A DNA stretch of 64,000 nucleotides from Ramazzottius varieornatus (lineage: Eukaryota > Animalia > Tardigrada): NCBI GenBank assembly GCA_001949185.1, contig BDGG01000009.1, positions 671,624 through 735,623 of the forward strand, written 5' to 3'. The position numbers and the translations under genes were made by a program. Positions 37,677 through 48,320 of the stretch are shown piece by piece. Under the pieces are notes generated by a model. That model ran no database searches. It had not been told where the DNA came from and saw only the letters and a program-made list of their open reading frames with translations. Position 1 is the stretch's first letter; each line of letters begins with the position of its first letter.

Positions 37677-38324
37677 ATGGATAGCGGCGGAGGAGGACCG
37701 GAAAATCAGCCAGGTGGCGCTCCAGGCTTTACGGGGTTTTCCTCTTCTGGCACGCCCAGTTGGAAGCAACACTTGCCCAGTCTGAACAGTCCAAGTCATG
37801 CGGATATTGCCGGACCTACTCGCAATGTGGAGCCTAGAGGACCAGTCAAGTACAGTAGTGGTGGGATAGTGCGTCCTAGCCAAACCGGGAGTCAGAAGTT
37901 CCAGAAAGTCAACACTGATCCGAAGTGGAAGTACCTGCCGACAGAGAGTCGCCAATCCGTTGGGTTTATCGCGCAAGCAAGTTCCACTGTCTTCGATCAT
38001 GAAATTCATCGAGAGAACGAGAGATTAGAGGATGACTGGGGAAGGGCGGGAGATGAGCCACCGGTGGGAGCGTCAGAACTCAGTGTCAAGGAAAGCTTGG
38101 TCCAGGAAGCTGAGAAAGTAAAGTCGGATATTTCCACGGATGAAGGGAAGAATCTGCACAATTTGCATGACATGCATCAAACTGTTGCCACCTTTTTCGA
38201 TTTACTTAATTTATCCGATGATCCGAGTCGACCAAGATGGGAGCTCAACCTACGCGACCGCACTGGAGGCCCGTTGGGTCTGATGGAAAGTTTGGAGAAC
38301 TTAAGAAGAGATCGCGATGTTTAG
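37677..38324 (+). CDS. Intronless 215-aa ORF, unknown function
   Basis: ATG-to-stop ORF, long for this intron-dense region; no family recognised. Confidence 0.5.
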   Translation: MDSGGGGPENQPGGAPGFTGFSSSGTPSWKQHLPSLNSPSHADIAGPTRNVEPRGPVKYSSGGIVRPSQTGSQKFQKVNTDPKWKYLPTESRQSVGFIAQASSTVFDHEIHRENERLEDDWGRAGDEPPVGASELSVKESLVQEAEKVKSDISTDEGKNLHNLHDMHQTVATFFDLLNLSDDPSRPRWELNLRDRTGGPLGLMESLENLRRDRDV

Positions 38325-38746
38325 TGCCGTTTTTTGGGTCATCATTCTTTGTGCTGTGTGCTTCTGCGAGTTCCAGTCCGATCGTCCAGCAGTACCAAGT
38401 AGCATATTCTCTTTCTTCCTGCCTACTGAAACCTTTTTGTGCAGTGGGTAATTGTGGTATTTGGACAAAATGGATGTTTTCCGGTTTAAAGAGCAGCATA
38501 AATAGCTCGGAAGTCCGGCGACATTTTACTAATGTGACTGTGCGTCATGTCATATTGATAGAACGTCATGTCATGCCTTGTCATGTCAGAGCTTTAGTCT
38601 GCACTTCCGGTCAGATAGATTCCTCCACAAAACTACTCGGCGACTGACCACGCTATACGCTCTGGACTTCTCGGGACTTCTCGGTCGTCGCGTACTTTCG
38701 GTACACAGGACAGCCGCGGATCAATCTGTCGGATCTGGACGTAAGC

Positions 38747-40333
38747 ATGAGAGGACTTGAGAGGATTTCGTTCTTCCAATGCTCATCCTGCAACTACAGC
38801 ACCTTTTCTATACCAACGCGTGGATCCATCTCGCACTCCGTCGTCACCGGGGTAAGGCATTTTCGCATACTTTCACGGAACAAGTCTGTCATTCCGAAGC
38901 TTTTCTGTGGATTGGGATATTTCATCGGTGGAGGGATAGCTGATCGTAGAAGTTTGCTTGAAGACTATCTTCCGGTCTGGAATGCTGCTGCGTAAGTACG
39001 AGCACTACTTGGATGGACCTTATGTGGATCAGTGTATATACGGCACTCCGCATGATGTACCATTCTAGGACAACTCGGAAGAACAGCGACGCCGTTGTTA
39101 AAGCCACCACGTGCGTGATGCGGTTTTCTCTGATTGCATCTCCTTGAAAAATTGTCCTGACGGTCTGGACGTGATTTACAGGGGACACGTCGCACGCCTC
39201 GCATCGACCTCATGGAAACCAGAAGGATCACATACATCAACCTCAGAAGGGAAACGCTGTCCTGTGTACCTGATGCATGGACTGCTAGGTTTCAAAGAAG
39301 AGTTCGAGCAGTATGGACAAGCGATCGCTGATGGCACTGGACACCTGGTCACGGCCCTCGATGCGACAAACCACGGCGGTAGCAGCCACACGGATGAAAT
39401 CTCTTACCCGTCGATGGCGGACGATCTTGCGAGCTACATGGGGGAGCAGGATGTGAAAGAAGCTATCGTAGTCGCGCATAGTATGGGAGCTGGAGCTGCC
39501 ATGTACTTAGCGCTGCACCAGGTATCCTAACAAATTGTGGAAGGCCTGCAACTTCGTATCTTATGTGACGCACGTTTTCAGCTAACGATAATGAAGACGT
39601 GCGCCACTTGGGAAAATAATTAGACTTGCAGCTCTTTTTTCCAAGTGGCGCACGCTCCCAGCCGGTAACAATGGAACAGTGCGCCACTGGTGATGACGAT
39701 CTTATACGTTTCGTTACGGACCTGCCGTAACGAACTCGGTCTCTGTCTTTGCAGCCAGAAAGAGTGAGAGCTCTGTTCCTCATCGATTCTGTCATCGCCG
39801 ATGTTCCCCGGAGAGCCCAGATTGGAGTCTTCATGCGGTTTATGGCTGCGATGACTTTGCCAAAAGAAGGTTATTTGGAGGACGTCCACAAGAATCTAAC
39901 CGACCTTCTTGTCCAAAACGAAATTGACGTAAGCGCAATGTCGCCATTTCCAATTCAAAAGATCGGGAAGAACCTTATATCGCAATGTGTCTTACAGAAA
40001 TTCGTCATAACGCAGAGCATTCTGCCGAACATCATCATGCAAGACGGTGAAGCAAGATGGAGGGTGAACATCGACGTTCTCGCTCAAAACATCAAGAACC
40101 TGACAGACGTTGCACGGATGCCGGACAACACCGGTTTGACATTCGAAAAGCCCACGTATGTGCTGATAGGTGAATGCTCGGACTATGTCTCCCGAGAGAA
40201 AGAGAAACTAATTTACAAAAATTTCCCTAATGCTAAAACTCAGCGAGTTGGCAACGCTGGACATTGGGTTCATATAGACCAGCCTGAGATATTTGTTGAA
40301 GCCGTCATAAAGTTTGTCAGAAGTCTTAGCTAA
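38747..40333 (+). CDS. ABHD11: Alpha/beta hydrolase ABHD11-like (5' exons approximate)
   Basis: MHGLLG, DATNHGGS, AHSMG nucleophile elbow, WRVN, AGHWVHIDQP. Confidence 0.85.
39538..39727. mobile_element. Palindromic family copy, 2 cores, ABHD11 intron
   Basis: Core motif; ends approximate. Confidence 0.8.
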
Positions 40334-40392
40334 CCCTATTTGTACAGTATCATGAATATCTATAAAGTAATTTTTTTCCCAGTGCGAAACGC

Positions 40393-40480
40393 GGGCCGGC
40401 AAACGGAACGTCCGAGTTTGCTATCTCAAGTGGCGCACGTTTGCAGTGCTGGGGTTCGGAAGCCTGCGCCACTTGAGATA
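40393..40480. mobile_element. Palindromic family copy, 1 core, intergenic
   Basis: TATCTCAAGTGGCGCA..TGCGCCACTTGAGATA. Confidence 0.8.
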
Positions 40481-40705
40481 ATGAGGGCTATTTAAGGCTT
40501 ACGAATGCGTGAGGAAAGATGTTTTGTACCCTTCTTTGCCCTACCGAAACAAATCGGTTAAAGCTACTTAGAAAGATGTCCTGAACAATACTCTTGCTGG
40601 CATCACCCCCCGAATTCCCCACAGGGAACGAGATGCAGCGATCACGTGAACGGAAACAGACACCCATGGATAAAACAGACCAAACCATGAACGAAAGTCT
40701 TAATA

Positions 40706-41137
40706 AGGGCTTACAAAGACTAAGCTGGCTTCGTGATGTAATTACACCAGCTACTTTGGTGGATACGCCCAGAAAACTTTTTTGACCAGTTAGGAAAGCG
40801 GTGTAACGGCTTGCTTTGAAAGCCCCGCACTGCAGGTAAGTACGATCGGAGGATTATGAGATCTTTGATGTTGGAGGAACCACCATACACTCACTAGTAG
40901 GACGAGTAGCGAGAAACTTCGTCACGGAAGTGACATTTGAAGGTTTGGACGGGAGCACAGCGCACTCGGGATGTTGGTTGCATCTGGTGTAATTACGAGT
41001 CGTTGCGGAGCGACTCGTAATTACACTGAAAGTGTAATGTCCGGTGGAATGAATAGGCCAATCGCAAGGGTGTGGGTGGAGCCAATTACACCAGCGTTGT
41101 AATTCCACCAGCGGTGTAATCTATCTTTGTAAGCCCT
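40706..41137. mobile_element. Non-autonomous TIR element (MITE), second family
   Basis: TIR AGGGCTTACAAAGA...TCTTTGTAAGCCCT flanked by TA on both sides; internal GTAATTACAC-type motifs. Confidence 0.75.
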
Positions 41138-41199
41138 TATTGTCTCGAGTTAGGCTCTTGAATAAGCCTGAAGTTACCCCAGCCTGCAGCGGTGACACC

Positions 41200-41321
41200 C
41201 GTGCCCTCGAGCATCGACCCAGGTAACGGCTAGATATTCGCTCAAGTGACGCATGTTTTGAGCGATATCAACTGGAAGTGTGCGCCACTGGAGGTAACGA
41301 TCTTGTACGCCGGCTTCCCAA
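41200..41321. mobile_element. Palindromic family copy, 1 core, intergenic
   Basis: Core motif; ends approximate. Confidence 0.75.
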
Positions 41322-41374
41322 ATGTCAAGTCGTAATCGACTAGTTTCAGTTTAGTTTAATAGAAAGCCATAGTT

Positions 41375-41716
41375 TCAAGAGCAACAGCCATTTTTGCAGG
41401 CTCCGCCAGGACAGTTTGTACTCAGTGAACAGGTGCGAAAGCATTTCTTGCAGGAAGCTGGAATATGGTCCGCAGGGTTGGAGTCATGACACTGGGTGCC
41501 CCACAGGCAGTCTTGGTTTCCGGTACAAGGTAGACCGTCCCCCACTCCTGTACAAGGTGTAGGAGTACCATATGCAACCCATACAATTCACAAATTATTC
41601 TGAAATCAAAGTAGGAACGGTGGTTTACCTAGCTTTGACGCAGCGTCGATAGTTGTAACTGATATCAGGGCTACTACTAGTACAGTCGAGAAAAGTATAA
41701 ATTTGATAGCCATCAT
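41375..41716 (-). CDS. Small secreted 10-Cys peptide (splice frame unresolved)
   Basis: Exon 1 MMAIKFILFSTVLVVALISVTTIDA; exon 2 ..PCTGNQDCLWGTQCHDSNPADHIPASCKKCFRTCSLSTNCPGGACKNGCCS*. Not present in the ORF track. Confidence 0.7.
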
Positions 41717-42289
41717 GAGATCTTACAACAAAGATTGTTTTCGGATCACCAAATATGGACGAATCAGAGTGTTGAAGTTTTGAATCTGAGATTAACTGCG
41801 CGGAGGTTCAGCTAGCGGAACAATGCTACAGTATTATCAATATGTAATGGCCAGGCTGATTAATGCCTGCCAACTGCTAAAGAGTTTTCAGCGGAAGGGA
41901 AAGTCAGCTGCAGGGCACGCTGTGACAAGCGTATGACTGCGCTGTCTCAAAGGTCGATGTGTTTGTTGGTTACTGTCTCGAAGCCGGAAGTAAGTGCTCA
42001 GGTTGTCGACACTGTTCCCTGATTAGATCAAGAAGACCCGGAAGTGCGTGCATGTGGAAGATGGGGATGAATTTGGATGACGAGGGATCCCTTATGGTCC
42101 CGTAGTTTCCATGGGAGTGCTCGCTGATAATGAAACCTCTACCACCGGCATCCACGAGAGGGTCGACACATGGAGAGTAAGAACGTGTAATTTCCCTTAG
42201 TGGTTCGTTTATCAAAGATGTGCCGATGACGATGACCCATTTGTTGTGCCTAACGGATATCCAGCACTAATGGCGGCAATGTTGTTGAC

Positions 42290-45093
42290 ATGGGAAAAAA
42301 TGCTCAAAGCCTGGTGGTGGTCATACTAGGTTCGTTCCTGCCAGAATATCATTCCCCGTTCTCGGAATCGATTTTAACGTATGATAGACGAGCTGAAAAA
42401 AACTGATAATAAAGTAAAATATAAATTAAAATGTCTGTTTTCTAGTATTTTGGGTTCTTCAAACAGTTCGCGCCAAAAAAGCTTCGAACAGGCGCTCGCT
42501 CGGCGACGCAGAGTTTTCTTCCCGTAAGTTATCGTGCCCATATGCTTCCACGTATTACGTTGGCTAGCCCATTCTGAATTCGTAGTTGATCCTTCGTTAT
42601 GCCGATTTGGCAAGGGGTGGACCAACTTTATGGGCGGATGCTACTTGATCTCTGAAAAGCCTTTTGCGTGGAAGGATGGCGCGCTAGCTTGCCGTCGTAT
42701 TGATGCGCAGGCCGATTTCGGAACCTTGTGGACTGTGGACGATATGGTAAGTACAGTAACCCGCTGTTCTTTGATATGTGTCCAGTCCTTAGTGCTCCGT
42801 TTTCGCTGAACCGGAAGAGTTTACAGTTTGGCTTTCATTGCAGCGATTTGTAGCTAACCTTGCACGGAAGAAGAAAATCAAGAGGCTGTTCGTGAACGGT
42901 AAATTCGACTCGCGATCGCTACAGTTCCGGTGGCAGTATAACCGGCCAGTGGACGCAAAATATACTCCGTGGGGGAAGAACCAACCCAAAGCTACTGTAC
43001 AAGTCATTTCACTCGTATCGTCTCCTGACAAGGCAATGCGACCCTTCTTGTCCGCAGTTCCCGCGTCCAGTTCTCGCCAACCCGTTCTTTGCAAACGCCC
43101 GGCCAAAGGCTTCCGTCGCCGTTCCATTAAAGACCTAGGTTTGTCTCGTCTCATATTCCGTCGTATGAAATCCGCTGGCTTCGTACTCGTATTTGGCAGG
43201 CCAGCAAACAAAATATAACAGATTATTGTCTTAAGTGGCACACGTTTCCAGCCAATAGTGACGAAGGAATGCGCCACTTAAGATAATATGTTTGATATTC
43301 TCTAGTGACGCATACTTCCGGCCAATAACAATGAGAGCGTGCGCCAACTCGGAGAAAACTCTTGTTATCTCAGTGGCGCATGCCCTTGACCGCCACCAAT
43401 GAGCGCGTGCGCCACTGAAGATAATCCTGAACATTTTGTTTGCCGGCCTTTCATTTTTCTTGCTCGTATCTATCGTTTTTGGTGTTGTTACAGGATCGTC
43501 TGGATGGAGTGTTACGAATAGCAAAGGTAGAAGAACTGCCGTTGCCTCTTCAAAACCACGCCTTTCGAAGTCTGCGCAGGGAAGAGCACTGAAAGGAGTT
43601 CGGAAAGGTTCGAAAGGAAAACGGGGCAAGATGCAGCAACCATCTGCAGTAGCGGCGAGCCAAAAGCTTCGAGCATATCCAGGAGCTGGAAGTAAACCAG
43701 CGCCATCCAGGAGCAATACCGGTTCAAGTCAAGGTCGTTCTAAGACGAATAGAAAGTCCTTCCCTCGTCGACCGTCTCAAAAACAGCTGACCACAAAGCC
43801 CACCACGCATCGTCCCACGACCACCAGGAAGCTTCCGACGCATCCCCCGCTGACCAACTCTCCTTCGACCACTCGGACAATGCCGCCTCCGATCTCAAAA
43901 GATCGAAAGTTTCTCGTAAACGAAGGGCATTTCAAACCAGTCTTACCAGGTGAATGAGTATCTCAAGCCTTGGCGAACAAACTCGAGAAGATCGCTTATT
44001 CAAGTAGCGCACGCTGGCGGCCAGTGACACCGGAAGGGTGCGCCACTTGGGTAAGACGGTCTGGTCGAGATCCTTCAAGTGGCTGTTTACAGTGTTATTG
44101 ACCGAAAACGTGCGCCGCTTGGGAAATCAGTCCTGTCTAATTTTTTTCAGGTCCCGAAAGTTCTTTTTGTAAATCTTGTGTGGGTTGTTTTGGTTTGTAG
44201 TGGCAAAGGTGTTGCATGATCTTGAAGTGAGCGCCATTGAGCCTGTTGACGTGGTCGACCTTGTGAAGACCAAGGAGGAGAAGCTCAACGAACTGTATGG
44301 CCGCTCGAGACTTCGACTGAAGGACGACATGGAGTTCTTCCCGGAAGACTACCGCTATCCTAGCACAGACTACGAACGGATGGCTCATATTCTGACGGCA
44401 GAACTCATCGCTGAAGACAAACGGAGTCAGAAGAGCGATGCGCCCTTTGAAGTAAGTACATTTCAATGATTTCGCCGTTGGAGCTGAGATTAAATTGATG
44501 ATGCTTGATTTTCCTTCGTAGGTTGCTAAATTACTTACCACCGAGCTTTTTGCGAAAGGAAAAGCGATTCAGTGTTACTTTGGGGAGAAGGAAGACGTCT
44601 TGAGTAATCGGCAGGTCGAATGTATCGCTACTGCTGGTGTGATCGAAGCATGTGTCAGGCAGACGCTGTTGTCAGGTACTGTTTTGCAAACAGACTCGAC
44701 AATATCGTTTTACTCAGTGGCGCATGCTTTCAGCCAATAACATCGAAAACGTGCGCCACTTGATAAAACTAACTTGTCGAGATGGCGTGACGAGCTTCCG
44801 ATTGTTCTCTCAGTCCAAAGGCTAAGTGACGTATGCAGTAAGTTCTAAATGTGGTTACTTGAACAGGGAAGATAATCAGAGGGTGTGGCTTGCCGGGAAC
44901 AGCTCCAGAGAGTTACGATACCCACAAGTCCGGTGGTCACCATAAGACGGGCTGTGTCAAGGCTCATAATGGTGAAATTTGTTACTGTGACAAAGATTTC
45001 TGCAACTCTGTCAACCGCGTAGAGCGGCTCTGGACAGTCTTCCTGGTGCTGTCAAGTTTTCTTTTACATTTATGTCGTTCTTGCTTTTTATGA
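42290..45093 (+). CDS. C-type lectin-like domain + basic/Thr-rich stalk + Ly6/three-finger domain + GPI signal
   Basis: CRFGKGWTNFMGGCY..WKDGALAC..WGKNQP..PVLCKR; IQCY..C..C..RGC..CYCDKDFCN plus hydrophobic tail. Exon phases are compatible. Confidence 0.7.
43195..43452. mobile_element. Palindromic family copy, 3 cores, intronic
   Basis: Three tandem cores between GGCCAGCAAACAAAAT and ATTTTGTTTGCCGGCC. Confidence 0.85.
43965..44155. mobile_element. Palindromic family copy, 2 cores, intronic
   Basis: Core motif; ends approximate. Confidence 0.8.
44685..44800. mobile_element. Palindromic family copy, 1 core, intronic
   Basis: Core motif plus TIR. Confidence 0.85.
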
Positions 45094-45401
45094 TATTTCT
45101 TTTGTGTTTGTGTACAGTCTGCTTGAAAAAGTCGTGCAAACTTTTTTGTTTCTTATGTTCAGGCTTCTCTGTAGTATGCGATCGCGTACTCACACAACTT
45201 TCTGCTGGGTTTTACGGCACAGCAGACTCAGCCGGTTTCATAAGAATCTGTGCATTCGACACTGCCACAGTGATTTCCAGCAATAAAATCAGTTTCGGTT
45301 CACGGTGTAAAATTTGGATGTACTCTGTGAACCACGAAGTCGCTCCGTACTTCGTACCGGTTCACCCACTGTTGCTTCAGTCCTATCGGAAAATTGTCTC
45401 T

Positions 45402-46453
45402 TCAAGAGCTTGACTGGGACTGGCCCAGTTGGTTACGAGACGAAAGTGACTGCCGGGATCCGTCCTCTCCGGCGTGCACACCAGTGGGCGACGAGTTTCC
45501 AAAGCCTTTGCTCATCCGCAACTCCGAACTATTGCGAGCTTGTACCACGGGAGACTCTCCCACAGATTGATGTGAGAGGTACTCGTGCATTCCTCTGTCG
45601 GGCTCGATGTTGGTGGTAGAGTTGGTCTCGTGAAGGGCAGCTGGAGGACCAGTATTGCCACTGCCGAAAGAACTCGGCCCCGTTTCCTCATTCGGTAACT
45701 GATCTGCAACAATAATCCGAGATTTGGCCAAACTCCAACGGAATGAACCAGATCGTTATTTCAAGCGGCGCGCTTTTACTCTTTATTGACCGGAAGTGTG
45801 CGCCACGTGGAAAAACGATCTGGCCCAGTTCAACGTTTCCCAAATGGGACAACGACCTGGCTCAACTTGACCATAAGCATCAGCTCTAACCATAAGCGCT
45901 AACATACCATAAGCATCAGCCTCTTCCTCTTCTCCTTCTTTGTCGCCACGCGCAACAAAGTAGTGGTCACTTCCGGTTGTCTGTGTGCCCATCCAGTTCT
46001 GGTCTTCTGTCGGGACAACTACACGATTACCAGGTTGAAACTGGGCTTTAATGTAATCCAGCTGAGGCTGATACTCCAAAGGTTGCCCAGCTGAAAACAA
46101 TCACAAAATCAGAGTCTGTTCGGAATATTTTCCCGGAAAATCAAACCAGAAGGAATCACGACATTTCGTTGGGGCAAATCTTCTGATCACTGCTTACGGT
46201 TTGCCCGTCGTTGATTTACCATATTTCCGAAATATTCGGCTCCAAACTTGTCGATATTGTAAGGCTGATATCGAAGGACTTCTCTGGCGAAGTCGTCCAA
46301 AAGCCTTCGGAAGCCACGAGGAAGACGAGCAGCGCAATGCTGCGCAGGAAGCATCAGAGGCTCTGGTCGAATGGCTCCTTCCATGTCCGATCCACGCTGT
46401 GCCTTCATCGAAGTTTCCGTGCTATCAGTATCAGTTGACATTCGACCCTCCAT
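45402..46453 (-). CDS. RIIa dimerisation/docking-domain protein (SPA17/CABYR-like)
   Basis: RLPRGFRRLLDDFAREVLRYQPYNIDKFGAEYF; 3 exons. Confidence 0.75.
45720..45843. mobile_element. Palindromic family copy, 1 core, intronic
   Basis: Core motif; ends approximate. Confidence 0.75.
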
Positions 46454-46879
46454 TTTCGGCAACCCAATTCTAAAGTTCTAAAGTTTTAACTCTTTAGGGG
46501 TTTCGATTTCCTCGTCTGAGTCGCCCTCACTAAACAATGGACCTTACTGCTCGATATCCGCGATGCAATCGAGGTTGCCAGGTCGACCTCGTGGTACTTT
46601 TAAGATTGAAGGTAACAGAATGGTGGAGTGAAAATTCACGATTTGTTGCACGTAACCACAAGCTAACTCGTTCTGTCATGGACATCAGGCGCGTTCAACA
46701 ATAAAAGATTTAGCAATATAAAAAGTATGAAAGGTCCCCACCGTGCTGGTAAAAACAGTACAGACCAGCTGTGTGAAGCAAAGCGCTGATAAAAAAAAAC
46801 TTATCTTAACGATGCGGTAAATTCTGCGTAGAGCTGTGGAAGAGAAAGACGAGCAGCCAGTGCCGGTCGATGGAGGAGC

Positions 46880-47554
46880 CTAACCGATGAGGGGCAAGAG
46901 GTTCACGTTGGCAGCGTTGGCTTGGTTCAATCCGTTCAACCCGACAGCTAAAAACAGAGAAAACCGTGATTAGTCTCAGTTCGTTAGTTCGTAAAAAAGG
47001 AGGCGAAAAATCGAAACTGCAGGGGAGCTCGGCAAACCATCTCGACCAGGTTGCTCTTCTGAGTAGCGCATGCTTTCGCTGAAACAGTGCGCCACTTGGG
47101 AAACCAAGCAAACTCAGCGAGACTGCTGTCCCAAGTGGCGCACGTTCTGAGTGTTGTCGGATGAGAGCGTGCGCCACTTTTGGGACGATCTGGTCGAGTT
47201 CGTTTGCCAAGCTTCCAACTGGAAAGGACAGAGAGGCTCAACGTACCGTTGTTGTAGCCATATCCGTAACCGCTGGAGATGCCCGAGAGACCGGCAGCCA
47301 AACCCGACCCAAGAGCTCCATAACCGATCTGTCTTCTGACGCGCTGAAGGGGACTGGGTTGATCCACAGAAAGAGCCATTCGCTGGTCCGTTTTATCGAG
47401 AGGGAGACCTGTAAACAGAAAAGAATACACTTGAATATCGTGATAGGGATCGATCGTGGTGAAGGTGGGAAGCCGACGATGGGGGGAGGAACTTACCAAG
47501 GACTGCCTGACTGCAGAGTCCGACGAGCAAAAGGACGGCCAGCATCATGTTCAT
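46880..47554 (-). CDS. Gly-rich secreted prepropeptide with furin site and C-terminal amidation Gly
   Basis: 3 phase-1 exons: MNMMLAVLLLVGLCSQAVLG / LPLDK..RVRR-QIGYGALGSGLAAGLSGISSGYGYGYNN / AVGLNGLNQANAANVNLLPLIG*. Confidence 0.8.
47021..47217. mobile_element. Palindromic family copy, 2 cores, intronic
   Basis: GGGAGCTCGGCAAAC...GTTTGCCAAGCTTCC ends. Confidence 0.88.
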
Positions 47555-48320
47555 ACTTGCGGCTGTAGGGACGGAGATTACTGGGCAGTAGTAAAGGCCG
47601 AAGGTTTTCTGTTGGAGCTGGACGGATACCAAACTTAACAAGAAACTTTCGTCAACGAAGAAGAACGAAGAAATGAGTGATAAAGCTTTGACGCATCAGC
47701 TTATCTACTTTCTCGATGAACAGATACCCACTGCACAAACTTTAGTCTACCTCGACACAAATTGACAGTCGCCCTCCATTCTATCTGTACGTACGGCCTG
47801 TTGAGTAGTGGTCAAGTGTACATTGAATGGTTTCAGGATGCTCTCGTTCGATGGTGGATTTTAGCGTACGGGGTCGTCAAGTTCCGGAAAGCTTCACGCT
47901 GTTCCACATTGAACCCAGGTCACGATACATTAACAAGCAAAACGCCCAAAGACTTACTGACCCGTCATGAATGGGATACAACCAACCTTTGCTTTCAGCG
48001 AAGGGATAAAAGGACACAGGAACTTCGTTTATGGGGAAAGTTTACTCAATTTTATGTCAAACATTGCATTGAAAGGCGCATTGCATACACAAAGGAATTC
48101 AATATTTTGAATTTTAAAAAAGCAACAATAACTGCAAAGTCGAACTACTGTACTTCAAAGCTGATGTTGATACTCTCAAAAATAACAAAGACGAGTTCTT
48201 CGTCAAGCCGGAAGATTATTCAAAAATTCAAAACCACTGATTAATTTAAAACATTCAAGATAATTATACTGTAAATATTCTCGCCCAAGCCGGAGGAAAG
48301 TCCGCTGAAAACAACGCTCC

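Noticed and set aside
47762-48244. 160-aa ORF
   Set aside because: TTG start, AT-rich, overlaps the CDT1 3' flank, no motif.
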